This document shows, piece after piece, positions 47,428 through 62,179 of a stretch of DNA of 64,000 nucleotides. This stretch comes from Eledone cirrhosa. Lineage: Eukaryota. The DNA is taken from NCBI GenBank assembly GCA_964016885.1, contig OZ024740.1, forward strand, positions 328,476,001 to 328,540,000, given 5' to 3'. The translations under genes were made by a program, and so were the position numbers. The notes under the pieces are model-generated. The model saw only the letters and a list, made by a program, of their open reading frames with translations, did no database searches and was not told the DNA's origin. Within the stretch, counting starts at the first letter, position 1; each line of letters begins with the position of its first letter.

Positions 47428-48156
47428 GGGTAGAGAGAAAGGGAGAATAACAATAAATAGAGTTGTTGAAGTTATATAATAGATAAGGTGACCTGCAAGA
47501 CAGGCAGCAAGGCTGCAGAACATTTACAAACGTCAATGGAAGCATGTTAAGAAACAAAAGGTCAATTGTAGCGAAGATCTTGTAGTGTGTTTAATGTTTA
47601 TTTATTTATGTTTTGTTGTTGTCGTCCATGAAACAGAGCAAGTAAATTTCTTTTTACATTCCCGCTCTGCTATCTACACCAGAACTGAATAATGTCTTCT
47701 TTTATCTCCCTCTTTACATGGCTGCCCTTTGACACAAGCACCATTAATTTCAACTTTACTCTTTCCTCTTTTTTTATATACGGACTTTCACGCCTACGTG
47801 TGTTTGTGAAATTACAGACCTTTGCATACAAAAATATTCATCAGCACACGCACAGATATCCTGTCTTTGCCACTCACCACATATATATTTTTTTGTTTTT
47901 GTGTGTAAGAGTGTATGTGAGTATGTGTGTATATGTGTGTGTATGTATGTTTCTATGTTGTTGTGATGTCTCATATGCATCATCCCGGCAGTTTGTTCTA
48001 AGAGCTCGTGCAACATGGGCTCAATATTATGCAATGCTACCCTTATGCAGGAAATTGTATTTACAAGTGTGTGGCTGATGAGGAATATATACACTTTTGT
48101 TCATTACTCGCCTGTATTTGGTATTTTCGTTTGTAACCTGCTAAATTTATGAATTT

Positions 48157-48189
<33 letters not shown>

Positions 48190-48191
<2 letters not shown>

Positions 48192-50130
48192 AATAAAAGG
48201 AATTCCAACTTTGTCTGATTTACTCGTTTTATTTACAATCCTTTCAAATTTATAATGGTATTAGAATGAAATAGTATGGTAGAATATTAAATGTTAAGTG
48301 TTAATTGAACAAGTACTTTCATGCAATCTTCAGGTTCTGATTCTGTGGTGACAGTCAAGTTTGCAATTTTCAACTGTAATGAGATGGGTAAATTTTGTAC
48401 CTTATATACAGTGAAAAGTGGCTACAGAATGCTAAATCTTGCAAACTGTATTTCGACCAATCGGTGTATAGTTTCACTGGATTACTAAAGCTGATTGGTT
48501 TAGGCGTCACGGTTGGTTGAGCATGTCTAACGACTACTATTTGATCCTATCCAAACATCAATTGTTTTGCTATTTTTAGAAATGATGAAAATAGCATTTT
48601 CTAGTAATCATCACCATCAACATCACTTTTATTATTATTTTTGTTGTTCTTGTTGTTGTTAGTGGTCGTAGTCATAGTCATAGTAGGATTAATACCCCTT
48701 TATTATTGTTCATTTAGCTTGGGTTGGAATTTATCAATAAAATTCTTTTCTTTGATTTTTCTTTTGATTTCACTTGGGCTGTGTAATTTGTAGAATGGAA
48801 ATATTATAAATATTCTCTGACCACATGTTGCTAGATGGTTACTCAGGGGTATCTGACGGACATTTGGGTCTCTGATTTGCTGTCAGTGTACCCGTGCACG
48901 TTCCGATAGTGCATTTCCAGTTTGACCGACATATAGTTCTTCACAATTCGGGCATTTAATGCAGTAAATTAGATTTCTTCTTTTGCAGTTCATATTTACA
49001 TTTGGGAATATTTTTCCAGTTTTTGTTTTCATATATTGACCGGTGTGTATGGATTTGCATGTGCCACATCGACTATCATTGCATTTAGATACAGTGAATG
49101 ATTGGTCTTTGTTGTTAAGGTCAAAATTTGCTTTTGTTAGTAATTGCTTCAAATTTTTCGGCTGTCTTTTACTAAGAGTCAAAGATCGATCTGTGATTAA
49201 GCCTTTTAATTCATTACTTTGAGCAATGATCAGTAGGTTTGCTTTGGCAGTGTTGAAGATATTCTGGTGACATGGGTTGTGTGTCATTATAAATGGTATG
49301 ACCCGGTCTTGGTTTTTTCTTCCTTGGGTTGTCCTAAGTTGTTGTATAGGTATTTTTATAGCCCGCTGTATGCCATTTTCTATTAGTAGAGATGGGTATT
49401 TATGTTTGAGCAAAAATTCTCTTAGTTCTGTTAGGCATTTGTTCCTGGTATTCGTATCTTCTACAATGGTACAAATTCTTCTGGCTAGGCAGTATGGGGT
49501 GTTGCGTTTTGTATGAGGTGGATGGCACGACTTACAATTCAGATATTGATGGGTGTCTGTGTGTTTATAATATATATGCGTGGTAATGGTGGTGTCGTTT
49601 TTGATTACCATTATATCTACGAATGGTAATTTGATACTACTCATCTCTTTTGTGAATTGGAGAGATGGGTGTAGGTTATTCAGGAGGATATTGAACTCAT
49701 CCAGAGTATCTAGAGATTTTGTCCAGATGATGAAACAGTCGTCAAGGTATCTCTTCCAAGATTTTTCAATATACTTCTAAAGTCAGTACTATATTTTTCC
49801 TCTATTTCTTGGTAGAGTTGTTGTTCTAAGTATCCCATTACAGAGTTCGCGTAAACGGGAGCAAACTTCATCCCCATCGCTGTGCCTCTAATTTGGATGT
49901 AATTCTTTCCATTGAAGAAGAAAGTGTTGTTTTCCAGAATAAGTTTGACTGCGTCTAATATAAATGGCGCTGTGAATCAGGTGGGAATCACTTCTCTATG
50001 TTTTTCCACCCAGTATTTAACCGCCTTTATTCCTAAATCATGTGTAATGTTGGTGTAAAGGCTTACCACATCAAAACTAAGTAGAAGTCAATTCGTTTCC
50101 GTGGTTTTAGGAAGATGGGACAGGAAGATA
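48190..50130 (-). mobile_element. 5'-truncated Penelope-like element (RT C-terminal half + GIY-YIG + pLTR), disrupted
   Basis: Minus strand SFDVVSLYTNI, GTAMG, RYLDDCF, LPFVD and LIYCIKCPNCEELYVGQT (ORF 48883-49644). (TA)n on both sides. Confidence 0.93.
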
Positions 50131-50362
50131 TATATATATATAATGTGTGTGTGTGTGTGTGTGTGTGTGTAGCTGTCGAAACGGCCGGAGCTCAGCCGTC
50201 GGGGTCCTGACTCTTTTCCTATTACCCACTCTACTAACCTAAGTATCGAGTCCTTTGGTGCGTTATCGTCCACCTGGTTCCTTGCCCCACTTTCTTTGTT
50301 CTTTAGCTACTTCCGTAGTGGAGCACTTTTCGACCCATATCACACTCTAATCCCGACACTAA

Positions 50363-50410
<48 letters not shown>

Positions 50411-50489
50411 CCCCACCATAACCTCAGCCGGGTGGCTGGAACAGGTTAAAAAAATAAGAGAGAGAGAGAGAGATGGAGAGAGAGAGAGA

Positions 50490-50548
<59 letters not shown>

Positions 50549-50778
50549 TGTGTGTGTGTGTGTATCGCAATTAGTAAAACCTCATAGGTTGGCCAATTTA
50601 TTTGGGATGATCCAATACAAACTCTATACCTAAACATTTATCGAATACTATTCTGATCTGTTGTCTTCCTGGCCTTCGTAATGCGAACAATACATACATA
50701 CATACATGCATACATACATACATACATACATACATACATACATACATACATACATACATACATACATACATACATACA

Positions 50779-53700
50779 AATGGCGACCGTTGTGGTCAGT
50801 GTCCGATAATCGGACGTGTGTAATTACGGCTTACATGAAGGCAACATACCATATATTGGAAAAAGTTGAGCTACATTACGCGGTAAGATTACATACAATA
50901 ATTCTACATAAGTGTTTGAACTGTAAGTGTGTTGTAAAACACCTATTTATATGAACGATACATACACTTATGATATATAAACGATACATACACTTTAACA
51001 TATAAATGCAACGTTGTTATATTACATTTATAAAGAAATATACAAGTAACGTTTTCGATTCAGAAACAAAAACATAAGTGTTTGAACTGTGAATATGTTG
51101 TGAATAAGTTGTAGAACGCCTATTTATATGAATGATACATAAACTTTAACATATAAATACCGCGTTGTTATATTATATTACATTCATAAAGGAATATACT
51201 AAGTAACGGTTCTTTTTGTTCTCGATTCAAACGATTCAAGAACAACGTTTAAAACACAGTTGTAGAATTAAAAACTAACTGAAAAGAAATATTACCCAAG
51301 CTGTGAATAACTTTAAATTTGATTCTGACAGAACTTTGTCGAAACTTTTAAAGAAGATCATCGACTATTTTGAAAAATAAATACGAAATATTAGTGAATA
51401 GACGAACTCATCATGGCAAAAAGTACAAGTCTCCTTCGACCAAATCGCAACTACAACCGTTGTACACAGTGGAGCTACGAGCTTAACAAAGTATTATATG
51501 AAGCATACAAACAATCTGAACCCCAAAAGTTCGGTTTTATGCAAAGGCTAAAAACTTTATGGATCTCCAAACACCCAGAATTAGACTTTTCTCCAAAGCA
51601 TTTAAATGAACAGACAAAACGTATCATTAGATGTAAATTGATACATCTAACGGAATTGAGTGATACTACAAATACAGTCCTTGTAGACAACCACCCCACC
51701 TTCACTGACAGACAAAGAGAATGACCAGCTAAATCTAACAGTGAACAGCTCACCAACAATTTTGCTGAAATCCATCCCACTTCCACTGAAGAACAGCGAG
51801 AAAGGTCAGCTAACTCTAGTAGTAATTGTCACCACATCAACAACGAGGCTGAAATTCATGACTCTACTGAACAAACAGAGCACCAAAAACTTGTGGACAC
51901 CGTACAAGTGATATGGAACGATATGTTTCAAGAGATACACAGCCTTAATGTGAGTGACAGACCATACAACACTAGAATCAGTAAAGAACCCACTAAATTG
52001 GAATTGGAAGCGGTGAACGAAATAGCTGGCAATTATCTGAAGGCTATACGATCTAAAGGTGTAGAAACGACATTTGAAACGCTTAATGTTTTGTTATATG
52101 TTTCAGCTGTCACATTGCTATCATATAACACACATCTAAAACCACGCAATCAAGATACAAACAGAAAGCCTGAACCAGCGTGGATGCGAAATTTAAAAAC
52201 CAAAATTTTGTCCCTGAGACGAAGTATCTCACACATCGCAGTCGTTATGAAATGCAACATAGAGAGCAACTTCACACGACACCAGGAAACCCTAAAGAAA
52301 AAGTTAGAGAGACGATTTGGAGATACAAAATTTAAAACTTTGAACTCCAAATTACACCAGTTGAAACAACAACTCACAGCTACAATAGAAAGACTAAAAT
52401 ATAAGTCAACAGCACATAAACAACAAGTGCTAAATAGATTGTTTGCCAGAGATCCTAAATCAGTTTATCGCAGCTTCGGTGGCAAAAGCTCAATTCCTGT
52501 AAACGACACCCCTTCAAAAGAACAGGTTGAGAGCTACTGGAGATCTGTATGGGAAACGGATGACGGATTCAACAGACAAGCTAATTGGCTAAAAGAACTG
52601 GAACAGGACTACTGCCAACATGTCCAGACAAAACAATATGACATAGATGGGTCAATACTGGAAACAGCTCTACAGAAAATGTCGAAGAGGAAATTGCCAG
52701 GCCCAGACCTCATTACAGGATACTGGTTGAAGAATTTCACTTTCTATCGGCAAGATCTCATACGGCTGTTTACAGAAACCATTAAGGGCACACAAGAACT
52801 GCCCAGACGGTTATCAACTGCCACTACTCTCCTCATTCCCCAAAATAGCCAAACCACCCTTGCTAAAAATTACCGCCCAATTGCCTGCCAAAACATCATG
52901 TATAAATTATATACTGGGTGCCTTAACCTGTTCTTACAGGATCACTGTGCTACCAACAACATCATAACACCTGAGCAAGCTGGTTGAAAGAGGGAGGTGT
53001 GGGGTTGCATAGATCACCTACTAACTAACAAAATGATTCATGAAAAAACAACAAAGAATCGCAGAAACATGACTGTCGTGTGGCTGGACTATCAAAAAGC
53101 ATTTGATAGTGTACCTCATGGGTGGATTATTAAGGCTTTACAGTTAGCTAAAGTCCCACAACCATTGGTAGCTGCTGTTGAACGTCTGACCAAGAACTGG
53201 TACACCAATTTGATCCTTAGAGGTGAGAAGGAGCAGGTTAAGACTGATAAGATACATTACCAGAAGGGTATCTTTCAGGGTGATAGCTTGTCAGTGCTAC
53301 TCCTCGTTATCTCACTGAATCCACTATCTTACCTACTCAGGAAACAAGGTGGACAAAGAAGTGGGCCCAGAAGTATCTCCCATCTTTTCTTTGTTGATGA
53401 CCTGAAGTTGTATGGGCCAAATATCAATGACATCAAGAAACAATTGGACCTCATTACACAATTTTCAACCGACATCAAAATGAAATTTGGTGAGTCCAAG
53501 TGTGCATATTTGGCAGTAAAACGTGGAAGAGATGTGCCCTCCTCTAGAAATCTAGAGATGAACAGCCTGACAATACAACCTCTGCAGTCAGGTGACAACT
53601 ACAGATATCTTGGACAGGATGAGAATGTCAGATATGATGGACCCATAAATAAGGAGAGAACCAGAACTGAATACCTCAGAAGAGTAAAGAAAATATGGTC

Positions 53701-54992
53701 ATCAGAACTGTCAGCATACAACAAATACATTGCCCACAATACTTATGCTGTGCCAATTCTAACGCCAACATTTGGCCTGCTGAACTGGTCATTGCAAGAA
53801 CTAAGTGAGATGGATGTTAGAACTCGAAAACTTCTCAGTGTTACTGGGAACTTTAACATCAATGGTGATGTGGATAGGCTATACTTCTCACGCAAGGAAG
53901 GTGGCCGGGGTCTAAAATCAATATTAACAACATATGAGACCCGGATAGTAACACTGAAGCAACACCTTCAACAGAGGAAAAAGGTTGGTAACCATCTTGC
54001 CCAGGTTTATGAGCATGAAAAAAGAAATATCATTAGAATAGCGACTGATATGGAATAAAGCCTGATATAAATCTCTCACCCAGAGAAATCGGAAGATCCT
54101 ATTCAATGTTCAAACAAGATAAAAAAAATTGACCAATTTACAGAAAAAGTTGTGCATGGATACTTGAGGCGTAAAACACAGACCATAGGAAGGGATAAAC
54201 CACTCAAAAAGCCTGGCATGGAGTTCCGACAAGTTTATGACATCACACCTTGAGGGATATCTCTATGCAATACAGGAACAAGAACTCCCTACCAAATATC
54301 TGCTGCACAAAAGAGGAAGGCCAGCAGCTGACAATAAATGTAGGCTATGTAAAACAAAGATCGAGGATGTAAGCCACATTGTTGCCAGCTGCGAAAGAAT
54401 GTCATCTCGCTACTACCTCCCCATGAGACACGATGGGATAGCTAGATAATTTTTGGAACGCACTTCGGAAAACAAAATTAACAACAAACGAGGAAGAATA
54501 TATTGAGACAGATGGCACTAAGGAATACTGGTGGAACCTGAAAATAAAAACTGCCACCAAATTAAAGCACAACCGGCCTGATATTGTTGTTTAGGACCAC
54601 ACATCGAAAACGTGTTCTGTTATGGAGATCAGCTGCCCACTTGATGTAAACGTTGTCAGAAAAATACAGGAGAAGGAGGACATCTACGGACCATTGATGA
54701 GGAGTTTACAAATCCAGTATCCAAGATACACCTTTAGCTTCATACCCATCATTATTGGAGCTACGGGTTATATACCAACCCGCTTGGACCAAAGTGTGAC
54801 TGAACTTGGATTTGCGGACAAAAAGCGCAGCTCCCTAATTCATAGTCTACAAATGGCTGCGATAGCTGGCACCTTCAAAATTTGCAAAACATTCTTGCGA
54901 TTCAAGGGATGACAATTTCTTTTCTTTTACAACCTTGCCACCAGGAAGGTGGCCGGTCAAAAAAATATACTCGAAATTAAGAGAAAGAGAAA
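50779..54992 (+). mobile_element. Near full-length Dong/R4-clade (RLE) non-LTR retrotransposon inserted in (TACA)n
   Basis: Single long reading frame from 51413 with RT motifs NYRPIAC, WLDYQKAFDSV, GIFQGDSLS, HLFFVDD, YRYLG and GGRGL, then CCHC and RPD..E RLE motifs. (TACA)n on both sides. ~165-bp direct repeats in the 5' UTR (50906, 51072). Confidence 0.9.
51413..54912 (+). pseudogene. Disabled RT-RLE polyprotein of the Dong/R4-like LINE
   Basis: In-frame stops at 51722, 52985, 54056 and 54592; +1 frameshifts near 54190 and 54448. Confidence 0.88.
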
Positions 54993-54999
54993 ACATACA

Positions 55000-55034
<35 letters not shown>

Positions 55035-55239
55035 TGTTATACTTGGGAAAAGCCATATTGTAATAATTGTTTCTACTTTTGGCACAAGGCCAGCAATTAT
55101 CCAGTGCATTACTGGTACTTTATTTTATCGACCCCGTAAGGATGAAAGGCAAAGCTAACCTCGGCGGGATTTGAACTCAAACCATAAAGGGGCGTAACTC
55201 TTTGCTGCAAAGCATAGCGTCAGACCCTCTACCGATACT

Positions 55240-56090
55240 GCCAATGGCCAGAAATAACAAGAGATTGGTTTGGGTTGGTTTTCACTTCTTTATCTTTTTC
55301 ATCTCGATAGTTAATTTATCTAGGAATTAATGTTTATCATTGATTGACCAACGGTTCAAAATGCATATATATATATATATAGTCTATCAAAGTTCTTTCG
55401 TCACACATCTGCGACATCATCAGTGGTACTATTATAATTCCTTCCGTTGTATTGTATGGCTACACCATTTTTATTTCATTTATTTATTTATTTATTTATT
55501 TATTTCTTCTTCTCTCTGTCTCTGTTTACGCATGCGTTTTCGTGTGTGTTTAATGTTTGGTGTGTGTGTTAGTGTTTGAGTGTATGTGTTTTTGTTTTTG
55601 TATTCTATCTTTGTTCACTAATGTGTATTTATATGTGTTTACTGTTATTGTACTTGTGTATATATATATATTTATTTATTTATTTATATTTCCCTTTAGT
55701 CAGTATTGTTTGTTTGGATATGGTTGTTGTTATTATTCCATTCGTTCTTTCTGTTTACCTTTGGTTTTCTTAGTTCTACTTCAGTTGCTTCTCTGATTTG
55801 CCTAACTGTTGAGTCATTTCTATGCTTAGATATTATTTTAATTACTAGGTTGTTCATATTACCATTATGTCTTTGTCTTGCGTGTTCATATAGAACTGAG
55901 CCGTTTTTTTTTTGTCCTTTTACCCCCCACCTCCCCAGTGTTAATAATGATAAACATCGATTGTCAGATAAATTAACTATGGAGATATAAAAGATACAGA
56001 AGCGAAAATCAACCCAAACTAAACAGTGAGAGTTTATGTTATTTCTGGCAATATTATAACAACATGACCCTCCCCAAGTATAACAATATT
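55240..56090 (-). mobile_element. PLE 3' fragment with an inverted terminal copy (~55935-56090); the terminus at ~55035 is split by a SINE
   Basis: KNGSVLYEHARQRHNG...RQIREATE...NRKNEW matches the 62676-63149 GIY-YIG C-terminus. The terminal motif is present in both orientations. Confidence 0.8.
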
Positions 56091-56125
56091 TGTTTCGACA
56101 CACGATTTCATATCAAAGCCCTTGC

Positions 56126-56167
<42 letters not shown>

Positions 56168-56168
<1 letters not shown>

Positions 56169-58874
56169 GCCCGAACTATGCCAACCTTTTTGTTGGCCAT
56201 GTTGAGGCCCAAATCTTTGCCCAGTACACCGGCCCCACGCCCGAACTGTACGGTCGTTACATTGACGACTGTATCGGAGCCACGACCCTAACCCGAGAAC
56301 AGCTCGACTCCTTTCTCTCCTTCTTCTGCTCCTTCCACCCCTCCCTCCACTTCACCACCTCTATCTCCACCACCCACGTCCACTTCTTAGACATCTCCGT
56401 CGCCTTCGACCCCTCCCACCACTCCCTCGTCACCTCCGCCTTCTTCAAACCCACCGACTCCCACTCTTACCTCGACTTCACCTCTTCCCACCCCACCCCA
56501 CCCACACTAAACACTCCATTCCCTACTCCCAACTCCTCAGGATCCACCGCCTCTGTAGCCGAGATGCTGACTTCGAGTCCCAGGCCCTTTCCCTAATCAG
56601 CCATTTCATCCGCAGAGGTTACCCCCCCTCTCTCGTCCACACCGCTCTCACCCGCGCCCGTGCTGTCCACCGCTCCACGACCCTCACACCACGCCACCGC
56701 ACACCCACCCACCGTCTCCCCTTCCCTATCGCCTACCACCCCTCCACCTTACCCCTCCACCGCACCATCCGCCGCCTCTTCCGACGCCTCCAGTCCGACC
56801 CCTCCACCTCCCACATCTTCCCAACCCCACCACTCCCCTCCTTCAAACGCGCACGCAATCTCCGCACCCTCCTCGTCCACAGCTCCCTACCCCCCCAACC
56901 CACGCTCTGTTCCCCCCCCCGGTTCCTTTCCCTGTTCTAGGCCCCGCTGCAACACCTGTCCCCACATCACCAGCACCACCACCTTCCAGGGTCCCAACGG
57001 CCACTCTCTCTCTGTCCAGCATGCCTTCCGCTGCACCTCCTCCAACCTAGTCTACGGACAGACGGGACGTCGCCTGGCGGACCGATTCACTGAGCACCTC
57101 CGGGATATTCGTCTCGGTGGTAGTTCCCCCATCGCCCGCCACTTTGGTGGCCCTGGACATTCCGCACGCCATCTCACAGTCTGTGGCCTACTCCAATGCC
57201 ACGGAACACCCGCCAATCGCCTTAGAGTCGAACAAAGAACTATCTTCATCTTACAGACCCACACTCCCCCCGGCCTGAACTCCCCACCCTTATTCCTTTA
57301 GCCTTCGACCGCCCCCTCCCCCCACACTTATCCCCCATTAACACCACTAACACACCCCTCCTTTTCACCGCCCACCCCACAACTAACAATACTAACACCT
57401 CCACTCCACCCCTCATCCGACCACCCTTCCCCAACTAACATACTAACATCCCTCCCTTCTTCTCCCCCTCCCCCTCCTTATCACACGCACACACCCACCG
57501 GCACATATATACACGCGCTCACACTAAACACACACCCTACTACCACCACTAACCCTCACCCCCACATCTCCATCCCACCACCCCGCAACTAACACCCCCT
57601 GACACCAAGCACACGAACACACGCACCCACTTACACCACCAACCCCACACGCAACTAACATCACTAACACCCCCCAACCCCACGCACACGTACCCACACA
57701 TCCTCGTACACCACCAACTCTACACACCCTACCACCACTAATCCCCACTCACACCTGCATTCAACCCTTTCCCCACCTCCCGTATACTAACACCCACTAA
57801 CACCTCTTCATCAAACTACACACACACCAGTACACCACACTCCCTCCATAGAACTACACACACCCTTCTCTCCCCGCTCCACCCACACCCTCGCTCCACA
57901 CTAACACCTCTACTAATACACACACACACCCTCCTCACTCCAACTTTCACACCTACCCATACTCGCCCCTTTACCATTCCACCCGACTGCTGCTATGCCC
58001 TCTGACCACCTCCCAGCACAAACAGACACACAGCACTCCCACCGCTTGACCACTTCCTGTTGCGCGCGCACCCCACATCTCTCCTCTTCCGACCATCTCT
58101 TCATGGAATACTCGTATGTGGAACTTGACCACCACGGAATCTACTAAACATCATAGGAATTTACCAACATTTCAACCATCCTCTTACGGAATCACCTATA
58201 TAACTCACCCACACACACACCCCAAAAAATGTTTTTCTCCCACACGCCACCTACACCCACAACACGCTTAAACCCCCCACACACGTGCATTCCACCACAT
58301 ATTTACACCCTCAGCCTCCTGATTCCTCTCCCTCCACCCCTCTATCCACACACGCACAGACACTCCGACCTACAACCCCCCCACACACACCTCTTCCTGA
58401 ACATGCAACCCCATTCTTCCCCCAACCCTTACTTTCACATACACACACACACACGTACACCTACACACACACACCACCTTCAGCCCTCCCCGCTCGGACA
58501 CCCCGTCTCCCTCTCCCCACTCCACCCGCCACCACCCCTACATACCCCACACCCTTCCACCACCGGTTTTACCCATTTTTAATTTCAGTTTATTTTGATC
58601 ATGCTTTTATATTTATTTTTATTTCATTCCTTTTATTTTGATCATGCTTTATTTTTATTTTTATTTTTAATTTCATTCGCACCGTTTCCTTTCGCTATAT
58701 GTCTCTCCACCACTCCCCTACACACCCTTTGAACTCTGTTACCACACACTTATCACCTGAGGAAGGGCTTATGCCCGAAACGTCGTTCCCCACCACCACC
58801 CCACTCTCCAGAGCGTGAAATTAATAAACATTCGTTGTACTGCCTCTCTGTTTTGTTCCTGTTCAAATTTTTCC

Positions 58875-58880
<6 letters not shown>
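56168..58880 (+). mobile_element. 5'-truncated C-rich Penelope-like element (RT, internally deleted GIY-YIG, long C/A-rich 3' UTR, hammerhead pLTR)
   Basis: PNYANLFVG, YIDD, VHFLD, KPTDSHSYL and CSRPRCNTC; SSNLVY-GQTGRRL lacks the middle of the GIY-YIG motif. CTGAGGA-a-gggc ttat gccc-GAAA-cg-TC at 58757-58784. Confidence 0.9.
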
Positions 58881-58918
<38 letters not shown>

Positions 58919-58956
58919 CATGTATATATATATACATACACCCCCGATTGAACCCG

Positions 58957-59036
<80 letters not shown>

Positions 59037-59406
59037 ACGCAGACATGTAAACCTACATATAGACTCTTTTCTTACAAATGTCGAGACGAAACTTGGCTAA
59101 ACAAGAGAAATCATTCAACAGCTAAATGTAGAATTATAAATCTAAAATGCGATTTGTTCATTCATTGTGTTTATGTGTGTATGTGAGTGTGCGTGTGTAT
59201 AACACCTACCTACATACATATAACCTTTCATACTTTCGTACATATATATTCAGACTTTTAGAAATGTATAAATTCGTACTTTCATTCATTCAGTAGAGGA
59301 GAGTCTGATATCAATAGAAATCTTTCAGCATATACATATAGATACAGAATTGCACATAAACAATCATAAACACAGACACACACAGACACACACACACACA
59401 CACACA

Positions 59407-59543
<137 letters not shown>

Positions 59544-59879
59544 TTAGTTACATATATGCAACCCACTTAGATGACTGAAGATCAACAATACTATTCATTA
59601 TATATTTAGCATGTGACTGACTCAAACGAAATACGTGAATCCCTGAATGAAACCATGTGTGTGCTGTGATTGATGACTTCACTCTAGTCCTTTTACGTGG
59701 GAAAGATGTAACTTGGAATTTCCCTATAAAAAACCCCCCGGGCCATAATTCAAATATAACGACAATGTTTATGTAGTATATTCTACAATATACAATTACG
59801 CTGAGACAGGTTCTGCATGCAAACGAAATAGCCAATTTGGTGCTATCATACTTTATGCAGTAATTAAATAATTATTTCC

Positions 59880-60590
59880 TGGCTGACTCGTGTGTGCCGG
59901 GCACCCTGTATCTCTGGAGAAACACCTAAGCAACGGCTATCGGGAATGATAGTACCAATTTTCAAAAAGGGAGACAAGAGAGATTATTCCATTTATAGGG
60001 AGACCTCCTTGTTAAGTTTTCCCGGTAAAATTTCTGGCAAAAAATGCATGGCGATTGTTGTGTCTAAGCTAGCTGATGATCAGAGCAGCTTACGACCCGG
60101 ACGGAGGACAGCTAATTCACACTGTGGCAGGTTCTTGAGATATCGTGGGAGTACTGCCAAGAAGCGCATTATTGCTTCATAGACTTCTACAAAGCATACT
60201 ACCTTTTGTGGAACGTTCTTCAGAAGTATGGGATCACTGTACATCTTGTTGCTCTCTAATCGAATGCTCTAGTAATTATATTCGGATAAATGTTGCTAAA
60301 TCGAAACCATTCAATGTTGAAATCAGATTCCGCCAAGGGTGTGTACTGTCACCTCTCCTGTACAGAATCATCATGAACAGAATTGACAAGCGCAGCTTGG
60401 TTGAAAGGGCCATCGTGTGTACAATCAGTTTGTTGGAATTTGAAGATGATATGATATTATTTAACTCGCCAGGATGTGATCTTCGACATACATCTGAGAG
60501 GTTAGATGCCGAGTGCTGCACGGCTTGAATAATAATCAGTGTTGCAAAATCTGAGCCACTCATCCTCTCAGGGAAACCTGCGCAGTGTAC
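59880..60590 (+). mobile_element. Degraded RTE-like LINE reverse transcriptase fragment
   Basis: IVPIFKKGDKRDYSIYRETSLLSFPGK, RQGCVLSPLL and LEFEDDM (decayed FADD). Confidence 0.8.
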
Positions 60591-61232
60591 CCTACATGTG
60601 TGTGTGTGCGTATATATACACATATATACACGCGCATATATATATATAGTGTTCTTCTACGTCTTTTTCACCCACTTAGTCCCGAGAGAGTCGTTAGGTC
60701 CTGTCAGACGCAATTGTTTCCAACTGATCTAGCTAGGTCCCCAAGCGAGACCAACCGAGCTCATCGATGTTATCCAACCAACTGCTCGAGGTCTATCTCT
60801 GGGTATCTTGCCGGCTGGTTTTTGTCCGTAAAATCTGTCCGGCGATTCTTTCCTGAGACATTTTAACCACATGCCCATAGTATCGGAGCTGTGATCACTC
60901 AATTATATATACAGTATAATATATGTATATATATATATATATAAGTTATTCCGGGCTGAATCGGAGGTAACCACAGTAGTAAGGTACTCAATACAAAGCT
61001 GAGTATAAAAATGTTAATATAAAAGAGCTTCTACATGATTAGAACTGTTTCATTGGTGAGAAATCATCATTACTTGGACAGCCAGAAAATTATCAAAAAC
61101 TAAAACTTCCTACAATTTAAAAAATAATAAAAAAAAAAAAATAAAAAAAAAAAAAAAAAAAAAGCAAAGAAAGGATAGAAAAAAGAAAAACAGGTCATAA
61201 AATATATTTTCCATGCTATTTCCAATTTCACC

Positions 61233-61281
<49 letters not shown>

Positions 61282-61380
61282 CACAAAATTAAATTAAGGG
61301 TGTCATGTCCGAGAGACATGCGCCATATCCACCGTAGAATAAGCTCAAAGATTCTAATGAATAGATCCGAGCATTTTATA

Positions 61381-62081
61381 TCAACTAGAAATTGATTGAC
61401 ATATATATATATCTAAAATAAACACATGAAACAATCACAGGAGATAATTTGTAAAGTGTGTAAGCACACACAGCTAGGTAGGTAACTAATTAAAGTTTAA
61501 CTAGAACTTCAAATATAGATACTTTTTAAAATGATTAATCTTCCTTGTATATATTTCATTAAAGAAATATTTTTCACCATTAATCCGTAAAATCACAGTA
61601 GTCAAATTCTGAATTTTCAACAAGGGAGAAGATTTAACTATCTGTGTTTACACAGCAAATGCAAATCTGCGAATGACCCGTCGCACGTTTTGCATTTTTA
61701 AAAATACACACATCGTACCAGCGTCATCCCAGTGGCGTGAATAGGATTATCGACAGCTGGTATGGGATGACGCTGGTACGATGTGTGTATTTTTAAAAAT
61801 GCAACACGTGCGACGGGTCATTCGCAGATTTGCATTTGCTGTGTAAACAGAATTTGACTACTGTGATATTACGGATTAATGGTGAAATATATTTCTTTAA
61901 TGAAATATATACAAGGAAGATTAATCATTTTAAAAGGTATCTATATTTGAAGTTCTAGTTAAACTTTAATTAGTTACCTACCTAGCTGTGTGTGCTTACA
62001 CTCTTTACAAATTATCTCCTGTGATGGTTTTATGTGTTTATTTTAGATATACACATATATATATGTCAATCAATTTCTAGT

Positions 62082-62083
<2 letters not shown>
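61381..62083. repeat. Large fold-back (~315-350-bp arms, ~30-nt spacer near 61745); the left arm has a ~35-bp extra segment
   Basis: tcaactagaaattgattgac pairs with gtcaatcaatttctagttga. Centre cgtcatccca...tgggatgacg. Followed by (TA)n. Confidence 0.88.
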
Positions 62084-62127
<44 letters not shown>

Positions 62128-62179
62128 CGGCGATGAATTAGTTTTGCGAGGTTTTTTATATGAAATCGTGTGTCGAAAC

